This document shows, piece after piece, positions 56,350 through 64,000 of a stretch of 64,000 nt of DNA (within the stretch, counting starts at the first letter, position 1; each line of letters starts with the position of its first letter). Source of the DNA: a virus. The position numbers and the translations under genes are program-made. Where the stretch lies: IMG/VR virus record IMGVR_UViG_3300018080_000002, positions 93,358 through 157,357 of that record, one strand, 5' to 3'. Below the pieces are notes generated by a model. The model was not told the origin of the DNA. It saw only the letters and a list, made by a program, of their open reading frames with translations, and ran no database searches.

Positions 56350-56718
56350 ATGAGATATTTAATGTTAGTTTTAATGTTAGTTTTAGTAGGTTGTACTACG
56401 TCTAAATTCAAGAAAGACGTATTAGACAATTTAACCTCTACGTTTGCTGGTCATGGTGAGTGTGGAGGTTATGATGATATGCGTGATGATTTAGATAGTC
56501 TTTTAGATAAATCAAAATGTTTAGAGGACAATGAAATTGCTCCTAATTACATGAAAAGTTTACCAGATGGAGTATGGTCAGCTAAGGCTATGTGTTGTTT
56601 TGCTGTTTTACAGGAGTTAGATTATTCTGATAAAACGGTGAAACCTAAAGATAGTTGGAATTGCAAGAAACCTATCGATTATGAAACGGCATTGTTAGAA
56701 TGTCAGAAATTGGAGTGA
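56350..56718 (+). CDS. Cys-rich lipoprotein
   Basis: MRYLMLVLMLVLVG-C lipobox; six further Cys. Confidence 0.7.
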   Translation: MRYLMLVLMLVLVGCTTSKFKKDVLDNLTSTFAGHGECGGYDDMRDDLDSLLDKSKCLEDNEIAPNYMKSLPDGVWSAKAMCCFAVLQELDYSDKTVKPKDSWNCKKPIDYETALLECQKLE

Positions 56719-56726
56719 GGTGAGTT

Positions 56727-58574
56727 ATGAGAAAATTATGGTTAGCATTAATTTGTTTGCTGTTTACATCGGTAGCGTTTTCCCGTCCTGTGGTGGTGGT
56801 AAACCCAGAGCAGGATGAGGACATTGAGTTTAAGGTGAATGATGGTGGTACTATTAAAGAGGCTTTGAATATAGATGGTGCTACATCTTATGTTAAGGTT
56901 CTTGAGAGACTGGGTATTGGGACTGCGCCATCCGTGACGTTTCATACGGTGGTGTCAGGAAATCATAATATAAGTAGATTGCAGGGTGGTGATTCTAACC
57001 ATACCAGTATCCAGTTGTCAAACTCAGACACTTCTGATTTGTGGGGTTTGGTTAGGGACGGCGGTGATTCTGACAAGTTTAAGATTTACTATAATACGAC
57101 TCCTGGTAATGATTATTTTACAATAAGTACTGATGGAAAAGTTGAGATAGATGGAGCTGGTACTGCTGCATCAGGATATGATTTAAAGGTAAACTCAGTA
57201 GCTACTACTGATGCTGGCGATAACAATTTTATGACTACGTTTTATAACGGGTCTAAAATGATCGGTGGGTTTTATAAAACTCATGCTAATGGGGGTATTT
57301 TAAGCCTTAAGAAAACAGATGGAACATCTAATGGTGTTTGGTTAGCTGGAGGTGCTACTTCCTATTTTGATAATAATGAACAGGGTGTTGCTTTTGGTGA
57401 TGCTGGTAAAGATTCAGATGTCCCGTTTTATTTCAATGCTTATAAGTCTGGTTGTGGTTATGCGTCAGGAGCGAATTACCCGAATGGTACTGTTGCAGCT
57501 TTTAGTAGAGCAGCGACCAACTGTACGGCTGGTATAGCGCAGGTTTATATAACAGGCGGTGGTCCATATGCTTATTTGTATTTAGGTGATCATACGAATC
57601 CATCAAGGGGTGGGATTTTCTACGATACTGATACACTGCATTTGGCTAATGGTGGGAGTGCAGTGAGGATAGATGCGTCTAAAACTGTTGTAGTTAATGG
57701 ATCTAATTTAACTGGTGGTCAGCTTGAGGTACAAAGTACAGGTAATGCTCAATTATCTATAGTGTCTGATAATGACAATAACACAGCGCAGGCTTTTGCT
57801 AGTATTTTCTTTAGTGACTACACTAATGCCAAGGGGGTTATTAGAGGTGACTATGGCGGTGCTAGTGAGGCTTTAAGGATTAACCCTAGTGGATATGGAG
57901 GCAATATATCTCTAGCTGAGGGTGGGGGTAAAGTAGGTTTTGGCGTTAATCCAACGTATTTACATCATGTAGAGTATAACACTAGTACTCGTATGGCTGT
58001 GTTTAAGAATACGAGTACATCTAATGGTCAAATTTTGGGTCTCGAAACAAACATAAATAGTAATTCAAATTTACAACAGATATTTCATATTTATACTCAA
58101 AGAGGTGGTGCTTCAAGTACTGAAATGTACGTTTCCAATAACGGCCAGATTTATGTAGATCCGGATAATTGGGCAACAGGCGGTACTGCAATAGGTGTAA
58201 GTTCAACATCAGGAGGGCATTTAACAACAAGTCCTTCAAGTAGGCGATATAAGGAAAATATAAGTACAGAAAATTTCTATAATGAAATAGATACAAGTAA
58301 GATTTTTGATTTAGAGCCTGTTGTTTTCGATTATAAGGTGGATGGTAGGCATTCCTTTGGCTACATAGCTGAAGATGTTTATCCCAATGTCCCAAGTGTT
58401 GTTTATATTGCAGAGCAAGAGGATGGTTCAAGGCAGATTGAATCTGTGGATTATAGAATGCTGTCAGTGCTCATTATTGAAGAATTTAAAAAGACTAAAA
58501 AAGAAAATGAATTAATGAAATCATGGATTTGTTCTCAAGATAATGCTCCAGAAGCATTATGCGTAGGTTATTAG
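56727..58574 (+). CDS. Trimeric fibre adhesin with signal peptide and C-terminal peptidase S74 (intramolecular chaperone) domain
   Basis: MRKLWLALICLLFTSVAFS; fibre repeats; SSRRYKENI...L.PV.F.YK...GYIAEDV...SVDY..L. Confidence 0.85.
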   Translation: MRKLWLALICLLFTSVAFSRPVVVVNPEQDEDIEFKVNDGGTIKEALNIDGATSYVKVLERLGIGTAPSVTFHTVVSGNHNISRLQGGDSNHTSIQLSNSDTSDLWGLVRDGGDSDKFKIYYNTTPGNDYFTISTDGKVEIDGAGTAASGYDLKVNSVATTDAGDNNFMTTFYNGSKMIGGFYKTHANGGILSLKKTDGTSNGVWLAGGATSYFDNNEQGVAFGDAGKDSDVPFYFNAYKSGCGYASGANYPNGTVAAFSRAATNCTAGIAQVYITGGGPYAYLYLGDHTNPSRGGIFYDTDTLHLANGGSAVRIDASKTVVVNGSNLTGGQLEVQSTGNAQLSIVSDNDNNTAQAFASIFFSDYTNAKGVIRGDYGGASEALRINPSGYGGNISLAEGGGKVGFGVNPTYLHHVEYNTSTRMAVFKNTSTSNGQILGLETNINSNSNLQQIFHIYTQRGGASSTEMYVSNNGQIYVDPDNWATGGTAIGVSSTSGGHLTTSPSSRRYKENISTENFYNEIDTSKIFDLEPVVFDYKVDGRHSFGYIAEDVYPNVPSVVYIAEQEDGSRQIESVDYRMLSVLIIEEFKKTKKENELMKSWICSQDNAPEALCVGY

Positions 58575-58638
58575 TAACGTTGTTTTGATGAATTACTGAG
58601 TGTATTGCTTAGTAAGAAACATTTTAAAGGAGTAAATT

Positions 58639-58842
58639 ATGAAAGAGAAATTGTCATTACCTACGTTTGTTGTTGTAATTTTTTTGGCTGGATGTTTGTT
58701 TGGCGCTCATTCTTTGTATTTGCATTTAAAGATTGATAGTGCGCTGTCAAACCATGCTGCATTACAGAAAGGTGTTGAGGGATTTGCCAAACAGGTCAAT
58801 GACGAGTTTAAGAAGCGCCCTGTAAAAGATGACAAAAAATAG
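58639..58842 (+). CDS. Small membrane protein (possible lipobox LAGC)
   Basis: Hydrophobic N-term then short helix; AAGGAG RBS. Confidence 0.55.
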   Translation: MKEKLSLPTFVVVIFLAGCLFGAHSLYLHLKIDSALSNHAALQKGVEGFAKQVNDEFKKRPVKDDKK

Positions 58843-58851
58843 GATTGGTAG

Positions 58852-59139
58852 ATGAGTGGACCTGCACAAAATTGCAAGTTTGATATTCCGGGTAGGTTTC
58901 CGCTCAAAGCTACCGATGTTAGAGAGATAAGTGTACTCCGCCTTCGTATTCCAGCATTAAGCGAGGTAGGAGTACAGGTTCATAACAGGGCTATATTGAA
59001 CCCGATATTTAAGAGGTTTGATAACTGGTGGGTTGATGCTATGGGTTCAGTGGATGTCCGTTATGATTTTGATTTTGTAGAGGCGATTCTCAGAAACGTG
59101 ACAGACTGTGATTTGGATATTTTGATCAGGATATTGTAG
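58852..59139 (+). CDS. Hypothetical (putative structural) protein
   Basis: 95-aa beta-rich ORF. Confidence 0.45.
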   Translation: MSGPAQNCKFDIPGRFPLKATDVREISVLRLRIPALSEVGVQVHNRAILNPIFKRFDNWWVDAMGSVDVRYDFDFVEAILRNVTDCDLDILIRIL

Positions 59140-59141
59140 AA

Positions 59142-59627
59142 ATGGTTCAAGGACAATGTGTACCGTACACGTTTGCAGACGAATTTCAGAGAATCAGAGA
59201 GTGTCTAGCCGAGCTAGGTTGCACTCCGAGTGATGGTTCTACGACTGGTGTACCTATCGATATCCGAACCAGTGGTCGTGTAGATATTTCTGGAGATTCA
59301 TTTCAGACTGTTTTGGAGTGGTGTATTCCTGACAATCAGAAGTTTCAGTTAAAACATTTTTATGTAAGTTTACTTGGGTTTTCAGGCGAAGTGGTTGTCG
59401 ATTACACTAGAGATAAGATAAACTATGAATTGATACGCAGTTATATTTTGAATGTCCAGAGTCCTAATTTTGAGGAAAATTTAGCTGGCTGTATTACAAA
59501 GTTTCCTAAAATATCTGATGAATACAGTTGTTTTCGTATTAGGGCTAAGATGAATGGTGGAGCATGCACAAACCTAGAAGGTACTGTGTTTGCTGCTATA
59601 AATGGTTTCCTACTTCCGTACCCGTAG
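59142..59627 (+). CDS. Putative decoration protein, beta-sandwich
   Basis: C-term domain parallels 59697 (ends AAINGF vs GRINGY). Confidence 0.5.
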   Translation: MVQGQCVPYTFADEFQRIRECLAELGCTPSDGSTTGVPIDIRTSGRVDISGDSFQTVLEWCIPDNQKFQLKHFYVSLLGFSGEVVVDYTRDKINYELIRSYILNVQSPNFEENLAGCITKFPKISDEYSCFRIRAKMNGGACTNLEGTVFAAINGFLLPYP

Positions 59628-59696
59628 ATTGTTCAGACGTTTAGGTTATTGGTTTTTTCTTAATTAATCTATGGTCATATCAGATGGAGGTAGCAC

Positions 59697-60431
59697 ATGA
59701 ATGATCTAGGTACAGTAATTTCCCGTTATAGGGACACATTGTCGGCATACTGTGACAATCAGTATGTTCCGATTGCGGTCGATCCTTATGGAAGGATCGT
59801 TTTTACTCACGAAGAATCAAGTGTAAGTGGTAGTGGTCTTTATTCGTCTGTCAGGATTGGCGACGGTACGGATCTGTTAGATGTTATCAATTATGGTGAT
59901 ACGGTCAGTGGCAACACAGGTCTTATTGTTTATGGGGAGGATGAAAGTGGTAATGCTTATCCGATTCCTATTGACAATGATAGGGTTAAAGTTGTTCTTC
60001 CTGATCAGCCTATTGGTGTTAGCGGTACTATCAATGTCGATTTTACTCCTGGTACGGAAGGTGATACGCACAGTGATGAAGCTGGTGCAAATACAGAGCC
60101 AGGTGTTGTCGATAGCGTTGGAACATCGACTTGGGTGGATGTTGTTTCTGTGCCTGTCGGTGCTGGTACGACATACAACCTATTAGGCGTTCATTACACA
60201 GCGGACAGGACGTCTCAGTTCCGTCTAATAGTAGAGGATAATGGTACTCCTGCTGAGTATATTGGAAACTGGATTGCGACACAGAACGTAGCTAGTTATG
60301 ACATGCAGCTCCAGAGAGCGAGAGAGATTGCTGGTGCTGCTAATAGGATTATTAAGCTACAGGCGATTCGTTTGGCTGCTTGTACTGTTGATGCTAATGT
60401 CTCAGGCCGTATTAATGGTTATACCGAATAA
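59697..60431 (+). CDS. Putative decoration/fibre protein
   Basis: P..VD..GR repeats, 4 VSG, GGAGG RBS. Confidence 0.55.
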   Translation: MNDLGTVISRYRDTLSAYCDNQYVPIAVDPYGRIVFTHEESSVSGSGLYSSVRIGDGTDLLDVINYGDTVSGNTGLIVYGEDESGNAYPIPIDNDRVKVVLPDQPIGVSGTINVDFTPGTEGDTHSDEAGANTEPGVVDSVGTSTWVDVVSVPVGAGTTYNLLGVHYTADRTSQFRLIVEDNGTPAEYIGNWIATQNVASYDMQLQRAREIAGAANRIIKLQAIRLAACTVDANVSGRINGYTE

Positions 60432-60476
60432 CGTTAGGTATTTTTGGTTATTGAGGATTCGATGTTGATTTTTCAG

Positions 60477-60497
60477 GGGGAGTTGTTCTAGCTCCCC
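60477..60497 (+). terminator. Intergenic stem-loop
   Basis: GGGGAGTT-GTTCT-AGCTCCCC. Confidence 0.4.
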
Positions 60498-60518
60498 TCG
60501 ACATATGTTTTGGGGTTT

Positions 60519-60878
60519 ATGATGTCTGAATTGTCTAAAATTGTTGAAACTTTAAAATCGTCTCCGGTTCCTTTGGTTGATTCTGATGAGGGTTGGGAGA
60601 CTGTTGATGAGATAGCTTTGACGCCAAAGACTGGTATAGAGATGAAAAAGATACATATCCAGGGTGCTCCTGGTTCGTTGGTTCGTATCAGGTCAGAGGC
60701 CATTAAGGGCAAATCCTACGATGCTACGATTTGGAAATATAAAAGTCGAGGTATCCCGAAAACGTTTGATTTAGATGGCTACGATTGTGGTGGTCACGAT
60801 GTTAGGCGTATAAAGATTCAGCGTCTTATAGGTAATGAGTGTGAGGCGAAGATAGAATACAAGCGTCACGGAGATTAG
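60519..60878 (+). CDS. Hypothetical protein
   Basis: Beta-rich, about 119 aa. Confidence 0.45.
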   Translation: MMSELSKIVETLKSSPVPLVDSDEGWETVDEIALTPKTGIEMKKIHIQGAPGSLVRIRSEAIKGKSYDATIWKYKSRGIPKTFDLDGYDCGGHDVRRIKIQRLIGNECEAKIEYKRHGD

Positions 60879-60881
60879 TAG

Positions 60882-61211
60882 ATGTATGATGTCCAGACTG
60901 AGATAGTTGACTCATTGATATCTGAGCACTATGAGGGTTCGGTTAGTGGTATTGGTGCGGTTGTGGATATTGCAAGCACAAAAGTTGTTCGTGGCGGTTT
61001 AGTTTATAATCCTACGGTTGGTCCTAATGCGACTACTAACGGGGTTAATAAGTATATCAGGGTGAGCTTAGACGGTGGTAGCGGTTGGATTACCATCCCA
61101 TATGGAGGCAAACTGTGCTTTGGTATTAGACCTGATGACGACACAGTTAAGATAGATGCTGGAGTAAGTGGCGGCATTGGTTATGAAGTAGTGTTGGCGG
61201 TGGAAAAATGA
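60882..61211 (+). CDS. Putative structural protein
   Basis: Beta-rich, 2 VSG. Confidence 0.5.
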   Translation: MYDVQTEIVDSLISEHYEGSVSGIGAVVDIASTKVVRGGLVYNPTVGPNATTNGVNKYIRVSLDGGSGWITIPYGGKLCFGIRPDDDTVKIDAGVSGGIGYEVVLAVEK

Positions 61212-61705
61212 GAAATCACCCAATTTGTTTGCATACGGTTCCTAGAGCTGGAGAGGTTCCTACTGAATATGTAAGTGGAATTCCTGAGGATGTTGATAAT
61301 GTTCAGGAGTTTTTGGAGTATTTGCTAACAATAGCTGGTATCTCTGCGTCTCCAGGTTTTACATGGGGTCGATCTGGAAATGTTGTTTCTAATTCATGGC
61401 TTTTGAATGATACGGTTCCGTCAAATTTGACTGGTAGAACTGTGTTTATTTATAACGCAGAGGTAATTCAATTTTTCACATCGAATCAAGATGATCCTTC
61501 GACATATACGCTGGGATTGTATGAACATGATGGTGTTACATATACGTTATTGGAGACTATCGCTGTTGTTGGTGCGAGGACGGCGACTAAGGATTTGACT
61601 GGAGTGTACCCAACAAAGGGTAATGAGTTGGCGGTTAAAGTGGAGAGTGGATCAGGTAAGAACATAACTTGTGGTGTTCTTATGAAAGGGACATTAGTGC
61701 CATGA
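61208..61705 (+). CDS. Putative trimeric decoration/fibre protein
   Basis: DNVQEFLEYL trimer-neck motif; C-domain paralogous to 61702. Confidence 0.5.
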   Translation: MRNHPICLHTVPRAGEVPTEYVSGIPEDVDNVQEFLEYLLTIAGISASPGFTWGRSGNVVSNSWLLNDTVPSNLTGRTVFIYNAEVIQFFTSNQDDPSTYTLGLYEHDGVTYTLLETIAVVGARTATKDLTGVYPTKGNELAVKVESGSGKNITCGVLMKGTLVP

Positions 61706-62499
61706 AACGAATTAAGTACGTTGGTCCTGGTGACTTTTATGAGATTCCTGAAGTCGGAGAGACTGTTAGCGGTACTAGTTTTTATGAAACTGGATACCGT
61801 GAGATTCACCCGACTATATATCCGTATTATGCTGATGCTGCTTATATCACTGATTCTACGTTGGTTTCTGGCATTGATATGGAATATTTAGTTATTAATG
61901 ACGGAGAGTTGGATGTAGCGGTTAGTGGTGTTGGAAATCAGTATGATGGTGTAGGAACTGAGAAACATGGGTTTGCCAGGGACTACATGAAATACCCTGA
62001 TGAGGCGTTTAATGTTAGGTTTAGATCTAGTCCTGAGCGATTGAATGGGTTTGAGTCTAAAGATGTTCAGAGAGCAATAGAGGAATCTAAGCAGTCGGCG
62101 TTTGGAAACGATTCTGATACGTTACAGTTTGCAAAACAGGGATCGTCTAGTAATAACACGTATTTGCTGACGCTGAATAATATTTCGGGTAATGATTCAC
62201 CTGATCATGTGCCGTGGGATGTTTTGTTTTTAAGATGGTCAGTAGCGACTGCTGCTGCTCCACCGGCTCCGTTTACGTTGGCTCTGTGGAAAATCAATCC
62301 AGATCATTCAGTGGCATCGATTGTATATACAGAGACGTTTTCTATTACTAACGGTAATTTTACGGGACATTCAGGCTATACGCTGTCAAATCAGAATATT
62401 GTTATTGAAAAAGGGTATGGTATTTATGTTCAGGTTACAGCTGTAGGCAATCCGAAGCCTACAGATTTGAACGTACTTTGTTGGACTAGGAGGTTGTAA
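61702..62499 (+). CDS. Putative trimeric decoration/fibre protein
   Basis: KDVQRAIEE motif; 3 VSG; start moved to ATG 61702. Confidence 0.5.
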   Translation: MKRIKYVGPGDFYEIPEVGETVSGTSFYETGYREIHPTIYPYYADAAYITDSTLVSGIDMEYLVINDGELDVAVSGVGNQYDGVGTEKHGFARDYMKYPDEAFNVRFRSSPERLNGFESKDVQRAIEESKQSAFGNDSDTLQFAKQGSSSNNTYLLTLNNISGNDSPDHVPWDVLFLRWSVATAAAPPAPFTLALWKINPDHSVASIVYTETFSITNGNFTGHSGYTLSNQNIVIEKGYGIYVQVTAVGNPKPTDLNVLCWTRRL

Positions 62500-62500
62500 G

Positions 62501-63337
62501 ATGTCTTTTAATGCGTGTTATGTGAAGCAGGTAACTTATGAGTCTAGGACATATTACAACAAAGTCTTTGATCTGAATGAGGAATACCTGATACCTGATT
62601 CTGACAGAATTGGGTTTATGAGTAACCTTGCATTGTTATCTGATGTTGTTAGTGGTGCAGCTTTAATAGGAAATGGGACTGAGTATTTTGATGATATTGG
62701 TTTCCAGTTAGATTGGTTGAGAAATAGGGATATTAATGCGCGAGACGATGAGAATCACTTAGAAATTAAGCAGGTGATGGCCAAGGATACATATCATTAT
62801 GAGCCGCGATCGTTGGACTTTACAACTGCCAAATATAACTCTCTTTATAATAGAAAACACGATGGAAATTGTATTCCTGACGGAACGGATTACGGTGATG
62901 CGTTCATGTATTTCTATAACGTCAGTGGCGTAGCGATGGAGAGAGATGACTATGATAGCGATGAGGATTTTCAGTTAGCGTTATCGAATAGCGTGAGTGG
63001 TTGTTGTAAGACGGTCGTTAAATTTATTCCTGACTATGATTATTCGATCAAGTCAGGTGTTTTGATGCTGGCTGAAGAGTGGGATTATGATGGATATGTT
63101 TGGTGTTTATTGGCTCCAGATATTCCGGAGGCATGGGGTGGTCAAGCTCCGTTTTTGGCTGGCGGGTATAATATGAGATTTTTTCCTGCCCGTTCGTATA
63201 TTCGCATGGATGGACAGACGACTTTCCATATACTACAGGATTTAGTTTACTATTCGCACGTTATAGGATTAGTCGTAAAACACGATCCTGGGGATCAAAA
63301 AGGTATCCAGATGATTTACGAGCACTATAAGGAATAG
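62501..63337 (+). CDS. Putative structural protein
   Basis: 278 aa; 3 VSG. Confidence 0.5.
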   Translation: MSFNACYVKQVTYESRTYYNKVFDLNEEYLIPDSDRIGFMSNLALLSDVVSGAALIGNGTEYFDDIGFQLDWLRNRDINARDDENHLEIKQVMAKDTYHYEPRSLDFTTAKYNSLYNRKHDGNCIPDGTDYGDAFMYFYNVSGVAMERDDYDSDEDFQLALSNSVSGCCKTVVKFIPDYDYSIKSGVLMLAEEWDYDGYVWCLLAPDIPEAWGGQAPFLAGGYNMRFFPARSYIRMDGQTTFHILQDLVYYSHVIGLVVKHDPGDQKGIQMIYEHYKE

Positions 63338-63343
63338 AGGGAG

Positions 63344-63874
63344 ATGAGGATATTATATGCTAAGAATAATAAGTATTATTCGAAGTTAATGATGAAAGTA
63401 GAGGGTAGTCCCGTCAGTCATGTCGGGATTTTATTTTTCAACGATAGTTTAGACATAGTAATTGATTGTACGAAACCGTATGGGAAAAGGTATCCATTAG
63501 AGGCTTGGGTCAAAAAGTACGAGATTGTATTGATTCAGGAGATACCGATGGTTCCTCGTTTTGAGAGAGATTGTATGGAAAAAGTTCGTAAAGCATGTGT
63601 TGGAACGCCCTATGATTGGGGTGCGTATTGGTACGCATGGTGTTGGGGTTTACGCCATTTGATAACGAAAGAGCCATATCCAGATAGGAATAAATGGGCC
63701 ACGGAGGGCGGGATGTGGTGTAGCGAGATCTTTAACCCGATCAAACCGGAGTTGAAAAGTCTAGGTATAGACATCACCGATGTTCACTTAGACGCTAAGA
63801 CTCCGTGGATGGTGTATAATATTTTTAAAGAAAGAGGGGTTAAAGATGTATGCAATAAAGCGAGTAAGGGATGA
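63344..63874 (+). CDS. Permuted papain-like NlpC/P60 (YaeF/YiiX-type) enzyme
   Basis: SHVGI early, G.PYDW, late CSEI, TP. Confidence 0.75.
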   Translation: MRILYAKNNKYYSKLMMKVEGSPVSHVGILFFNDSLDIVIDCTKPYGKRYPLEAWVKKYEIVLIQEIPMVPRFERDCMEKVRKACVGTPYDWGAYWYAWCWGLRHLITKEPYPDRNKWATEGGMWCSEIFNPIKPELKSLGIDITDVHLDAKTPWMVYNIFKERGVKDVCNKASKG

Positions 63875-64000
63875 CTCGAAGCTGGATGAGTTCGTAGTGG
63901 AGTTCTGTAAGCAGATAAGTTACAGGGTTCCACTACAGTTTTTTGAAGATGAGGAGGTTTGGGGTTTATATAAGGACGGAAAACTTGTTGGTGGATTTGC
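63846..64000 (+). CDS. 5' part of an ORF running off the window (possibly GNAT-like)
   Basis: MYAIKRV...EVWGLYKDGKLVGGF open to the end; AGAGGGG RBS. Confidence 0.4.
   Translation, partial: MYAIKRVRDDSKLDEFVVEFCKQISYRVPLQFFEDEEVWGLYKDGKLVGGF

Noticed and set aside
56105-56718. i-spanin/o-spanin pair
   Set aside because: The TM-then-lipoprotein order fits, but the TM protein lacks a long coiled coil, the lipoprotein is Cys-rich not Pro-rich, and no holin or endolysin is adjacent; not fully excluded.
58593-58615. Hairpin TTACTGAGTG-TAT-TGCTTAGTAA as a terminator
   Set aside because: AT-rich with several G-U pairs and no U-tract; too weak to call.
808-61809. Minus-strand ORFs and short nested plus-strand ORFs in the track
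   Set aside because: They overlap well-supported plus-strand genes and show no motifs; shadow frames.
1-64000. Stop-codon reassignment, tRNA or rRNA genes
   Set aside because: TAA, TAG and TGA all end intact genes at high coding density; gaps are short and I saw no cloverleaf (not checked with tRNAscan).

Overview
A 64-kb, AT-rich, single-strand-coded (+) segment of a large contractile-tailed phage (myovirus, probably jumbo-sized), using the standard genetic code. It holds T4 gp13/gp14-like neck genes, a tail terminator, sheath, two tube proteins, a tail chaperone with a -1 frameshift, a 1251-aa tape measure, a full baseplate and a long run of fibre/decoration genes. No capsid, portal or terminase gene is in the window. 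Accessory genes include a tubulin/FtsZ homologue, an AAA+ ATPase, a DNA methyltransferase, a cold-shock protein, a degenerate amidase and a free-standing PD-(D/E)xK endonuclease. Four patterns go beyond routine annotation. (1) The tripeptide V-S-G is about 10-fold enriched (by-eye estimate) in exposed structural proteins and absent from buried ones, while RmlB, a GT2 and two methyltransferases sit among the structural genes; this suggests sequon-directed virion O-glycosylation. (2) About 20 small ORFs share N-terminal leaders (e.g. MNLKKLNxxLEESIxILE) fused to mostly unrelated payloads, resembling a swappable array of capsid-targeted internal proteins. (3) A cluster of fibre proteins carries Sec-type signal peptides and resembles Bdellovibrio-type surface adhesins. 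(4) An exact 14-bp hairpin/operator CGAAAGCGATTTCG recurs every 9-15 kb. All calls come from motif recognition by eye; no database searches were run.
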